From Plasmodiophora brassicae (taxonomy: Eukaryota): 64,000 bases of DNA. Made by a program: the position numbers and the translations under genes. Each line of letters begins with the position of its first letter. Position 1 is the first letter of the stretch. Under the pieces are notes generated by a model, which did no database searches, was not told where the DNA came from, and was given only the letters and a program-made list of their open reading frames with translations. This document shows, one piece after another, positions 61,127 through 64,000 of the stretch. The stretch covers positions 372,001-436,000 of the forward strand of contig CP145426.1 in assembly GCA_036867785.1 (NCBI GenBank). The letters are read 5' to 3'.

Positions 61127-62822
61127 ATGGAGGAACCGGCGAAGGACCCTGCAGTGAGCCCAGCTCCCAGACTCGCCGTTTCGCAACGGCAGTTCATCAT
61201 GGTTATCTTGGTGGCGATCGTCGCGTCCGTGACGGTCCCGTTCGTATACAGGAACCCGGTGACGTCGTTCCGAGCTGACGACACCGATGCATCGGACGAG
61301 GTCGGTGGCCAGCGACCTGTTGTGATCGAGAACACTGAGGGCACGGCCATCGACGTGTTCTGGTGGGACGCCGACCGCGAGGTCGAAGAGCACCTGATGT
61401 CTATGCCACCTGACGACCAGATCACGGTCTATGCCGGTGATGGCGACATCATTGTGTTCCGTCGCGCTGACGACGGCGACCACCTTCGTAGCGTGCTACT
61501 GACCGGTGCCATTCTCGATGGCGAAGCACCAATGTTAGCAGCCGCGCCAGAGTTCCTTTGCCAGGTCGCTCATTCGTCGTGTAGATACCCCGTTCTGAAC
61601 GACCCCTTCTTCGACGAGTATATGGAGAAGAACGGAATCCCATGGCTGAACGTGTACCCTCGGGATCCGGTCGCCTTGCACATGTACGGAGGCGACACGA
61701 TTGGCACGAAGGAGCACTTCCGCACGACGTTCGGGTACTGGGGCAACGACACCGCCGGGATCGCGCCCCTCGACCTGGAAGTCGAAACGATCAGCACGTC
61801 GCCGCGCATCGTCCGCATCGACAACCTGCTGAGCCCGGAGGAATGCACGGCCATGGTGGCCGCCGCCAACAGCTCCTTCGAACGCAGCCAGGGTACCGTC
61901 CCCTGCTCCGTTGTCGTTGAGCGGCGCGGGACATGATGTTGACGAAACGACGGGCAGTGTCCGACAGCGCTTTCGTGTCCGAGGCCATGTACTCAGAGGA
62001 CCGGACCAGCTCGTCCTTCTTCATGTAACGTGCGACGTCGAAGGCACAAAGGTCTGACACTCAGGGACGGTGTGCGGTCAGGGCGGCGAACGTGACACCC
62101 GGCGCCGAGCACGTAACGAGACGGATCCTGGATCTGATGCGGTTCCCGTTCGCCGGCTGGGAGGACCTGGACCGGCGCGCCGAGATATTCCAGATGTTGC
62201 ATTACGGCCCTGGCCAGGAGTACAGGGTACTGAGGCAGAATGCGCAACAGGACAAGGACGTCGGCCGGTTGCTGAAATGCCCCTCGCAGGCGCATACAGA
62301 TTGGTTCGCCGCCCTAGGAGAAGACAACTGCCACGACAGCGAGATTCTTCGGGGACGCAACCGGTACCGTCCATTGGGCTCTTCCGAGACACAGCATGTG
62401 ACCTTTGGGCAGGTTCGCCACCGTGTTCATCTACCTGTCTGATGTAGAAGAAGGAGGGGAAACCGCCTTCCCACTGGCCAAGGTCGCTAGCGGCGTGATC
62501 CTGCGCATCCTGATGGATCGATCGTTGCTGATGTCGTCCGATCGTCTCTCTGTGATAGGGCTTCGAGTACGAAGGCTCCGTTGACGAGGCGTGCACGTAC
62601 GGGTTCCGCGTCAGGCCCAAGCTGGGATCCGCTATCATCTTCTACTCGATGCTGCCGGACGGCAACCTGGACGAGCTCAGCCTGCACTCGGGCTGCCCGG
62701 TCGTATCGGGAGAGAAGTACGCCGCCAACGCCTGTGAGACGATACGCGCCACGGTTGTCCCATCCGCGGTTGAACTGAATGGCCGGGCAGGGTTCTGGGA
62801 GCCGACCCGCTATTCGTCGTGA
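61127..62822 (+). CDS. Prolyl 4-hydroxylase alpha-like 2OG-Fe(II) dioxygenase, type II membrane (spliced)
   Basis: SPRIVRIDNLLSPEEC, RTSS, FQMLHYGPGQEY, AHTDWF, FATVFIYLSDVEEGGETAFP, SLHSGCPVVSGEKY. Confidence 0.88.
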
Positions 62823-63178
62823 CTCTGAACCGGGTCCCCGTACACTGAATACACTGGCGGCATGGCCAGGGCTCTCTAGCCGGTCCAGCCAGGCAGGAAA
62901 GGCCATCGGCGTTCGGCTGGCACGCACCGGGCGCCTGATTCAGTGCCCTCTCCCCTGAGGCTGTGAGAAAATCGGGGCCCGACGAGCCCCCCCCCTTTGG
63001 GCGGGTGCGCTGGTCATTGCCAAACGTTGTCGTCGTGCGTGCAACGGCCATCGTGTAACAGTGATGGGCGCCGGGCGCTTCCTGGGCGTCATATCATCCG
63101 TTCCTGGCCGCCGCGGCGACCCACCCGGGCCTCGTTCTGCTTGCCGAGCACGCCAGCACGCGCGGGCAGGCGGCCATC

Positions 63179-63901
63179 GTGGACGCGATTCGGAGCGTCG
63201 TCGTCGCTGGGCCCGGCCACGTCGCCAGGGTCAACCGCTGGCACTGGGTTCGCCGTATGAACGCGCTCTGCTGGGCGGCCGGCACGCCCGGCGCCGACGA
63301 CGTCGTCGACCTGCTGCTGAACGTCCCCGGGATCGACGTGAACGCGCCGGCGATGGGCGACGCTGACGACGACGACAGGTGGACGCCGCTGATGGCGGCA
63401 GCGGGTCGTGGCCTGATGCGCACCGTCACGTTGCTGCTGCTGGTCGACGACGTCGACGTCGACGCCGGGGCCGGCAGCGTTCGAGGCACGGCCCTACACC
63501 TGGCCGTGTCGCAGGCACACGACGATCAGGCGAGGTCGACAGCGCACGACCACGTCGTGCTGCTGCTGCTGGCGCGCGGCGCTGACGTTAACGCGCGCGA
63601 CGGTTCGGGCATGACCCCGTTGCACAGGGCGGCCGCATGCGGCCGGGAGCGCGCCGTCCAGATCCTGCTGTCTGTCGACGGCGTCGACGCGAACGCGCGG
63701 CCGGACGGGGACGGGCGGACGGCGTTGCACAGAGCGGTGGCGTGGCGGCAGCCGAAATGCTTCCAAGCGTTGCTGCGTTCCGGCAAGGTCAACGCCAGCC
63801 TGACCGACGCGGACGGCCGGACGGCGTCCGACCTCGTCAGCTGCGCGCGCCATCAGGACCCGGTCCTGGACCGGATCCGTCCCGGCGCCTGCCAGACCTG
63901 A
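63179..63901 (+). CDS. Ankyrin-repeat protein (5' end uncertain)
   Basis: WTPLMAAA, GTALHLAV, GMTPLHRAA, GRTALHRAV. Confidence 0.8.
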   Translation: MDAIRSVVVAGPGHVARVNRWHWVRRMNALCWAAGTPGADDVVDLLLNVPGIDVNAPAMGDADDDDRWTPLMAAAGRGLMRTVTLLLLVDDVDVDAGAGSVRGTALHLAVSQAHDDQARSTAHDHVVLLLLARGADVNARDGSGMTPLHRAAACGRERAVQILLSVDGVDANARPDGDGRTALHRAVAWRQPKCFQALLRSGKVNASLTDADGRTASDLVSCARHQDPVLDRIRPGACQT

Positions 63902-64000
63902 GCCCAACACGAGGTCCGCTCGCGTTCTGACGCCGGTATTGTCCAGACAGTACACGTCGGTCGTTGCAGGTAGCGCGGCGCGTGTCGGCAGGGCGACGCG

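Noticed and set aside
57846-62822. Dictyostelium-type Skp1 hydroxylation/glycosylation oxygen-sensing cluster
   Set aside because: That pathway uses cytosolic PhyA and GT60 Gnt1. The enzymes here are secretory-type P4H and HPAT-like, and the Skp1-like protein lacks the C-terminal region that carries the target proline.

Overview
GC-rich, gene-dense eukaryotic DNA with short GT-AG introns. It is probably a protist; secreted Skp1/ankyrin genes and a flagellar tubulin polyglutamylase fit a plasmodiophorid such as Plasmodiophora, but this is inference. The outstanding feature is an intact 5,033-bp LTR retrotransposon (3775-8807) that looks like a superfamily chimera. A Ty3/Gypsy (sushi/PEG10-like) Gag, a G_GGA_AAC -1 frameshift with a predicted pseudoknot and a Gypsy-type protease are joined to a Ty1/Copia integrase-RT-RNaseH. 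The element has identical 168-bp LTRs with non-canonical AAT...ATT ends, a CAACC target-site duplication and a copia-like half-tRNAiMet PBS, and it interrupts a coding exon of a MINPP1-like phosphatase. Other genes: class C GPCR 3' end, CAP/PR-1 protein, TTLL9, PRMT1, Trm10, two paralogous membrane proteins flanking a long hairpin, three signal-peptide Skp1-like/ankyrin genes (two carrying a Gypsy RNaseH relic), a ~9.7-kb secreted protease-like + DUF3638-type helicase-like gene, a ~12.4-kb ZNFX1-like helicase/triple-AAA gene, two F-box genes, an acyltransferase-3, an SLC38-like transporter, a maltose O-acetyltransferase, and an adjacent HPAT-like glycosyltransferase/prolyl 4-hydroxylase pair. 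All family calls come from motif recognition by eye, and exon boundaries are approximate.
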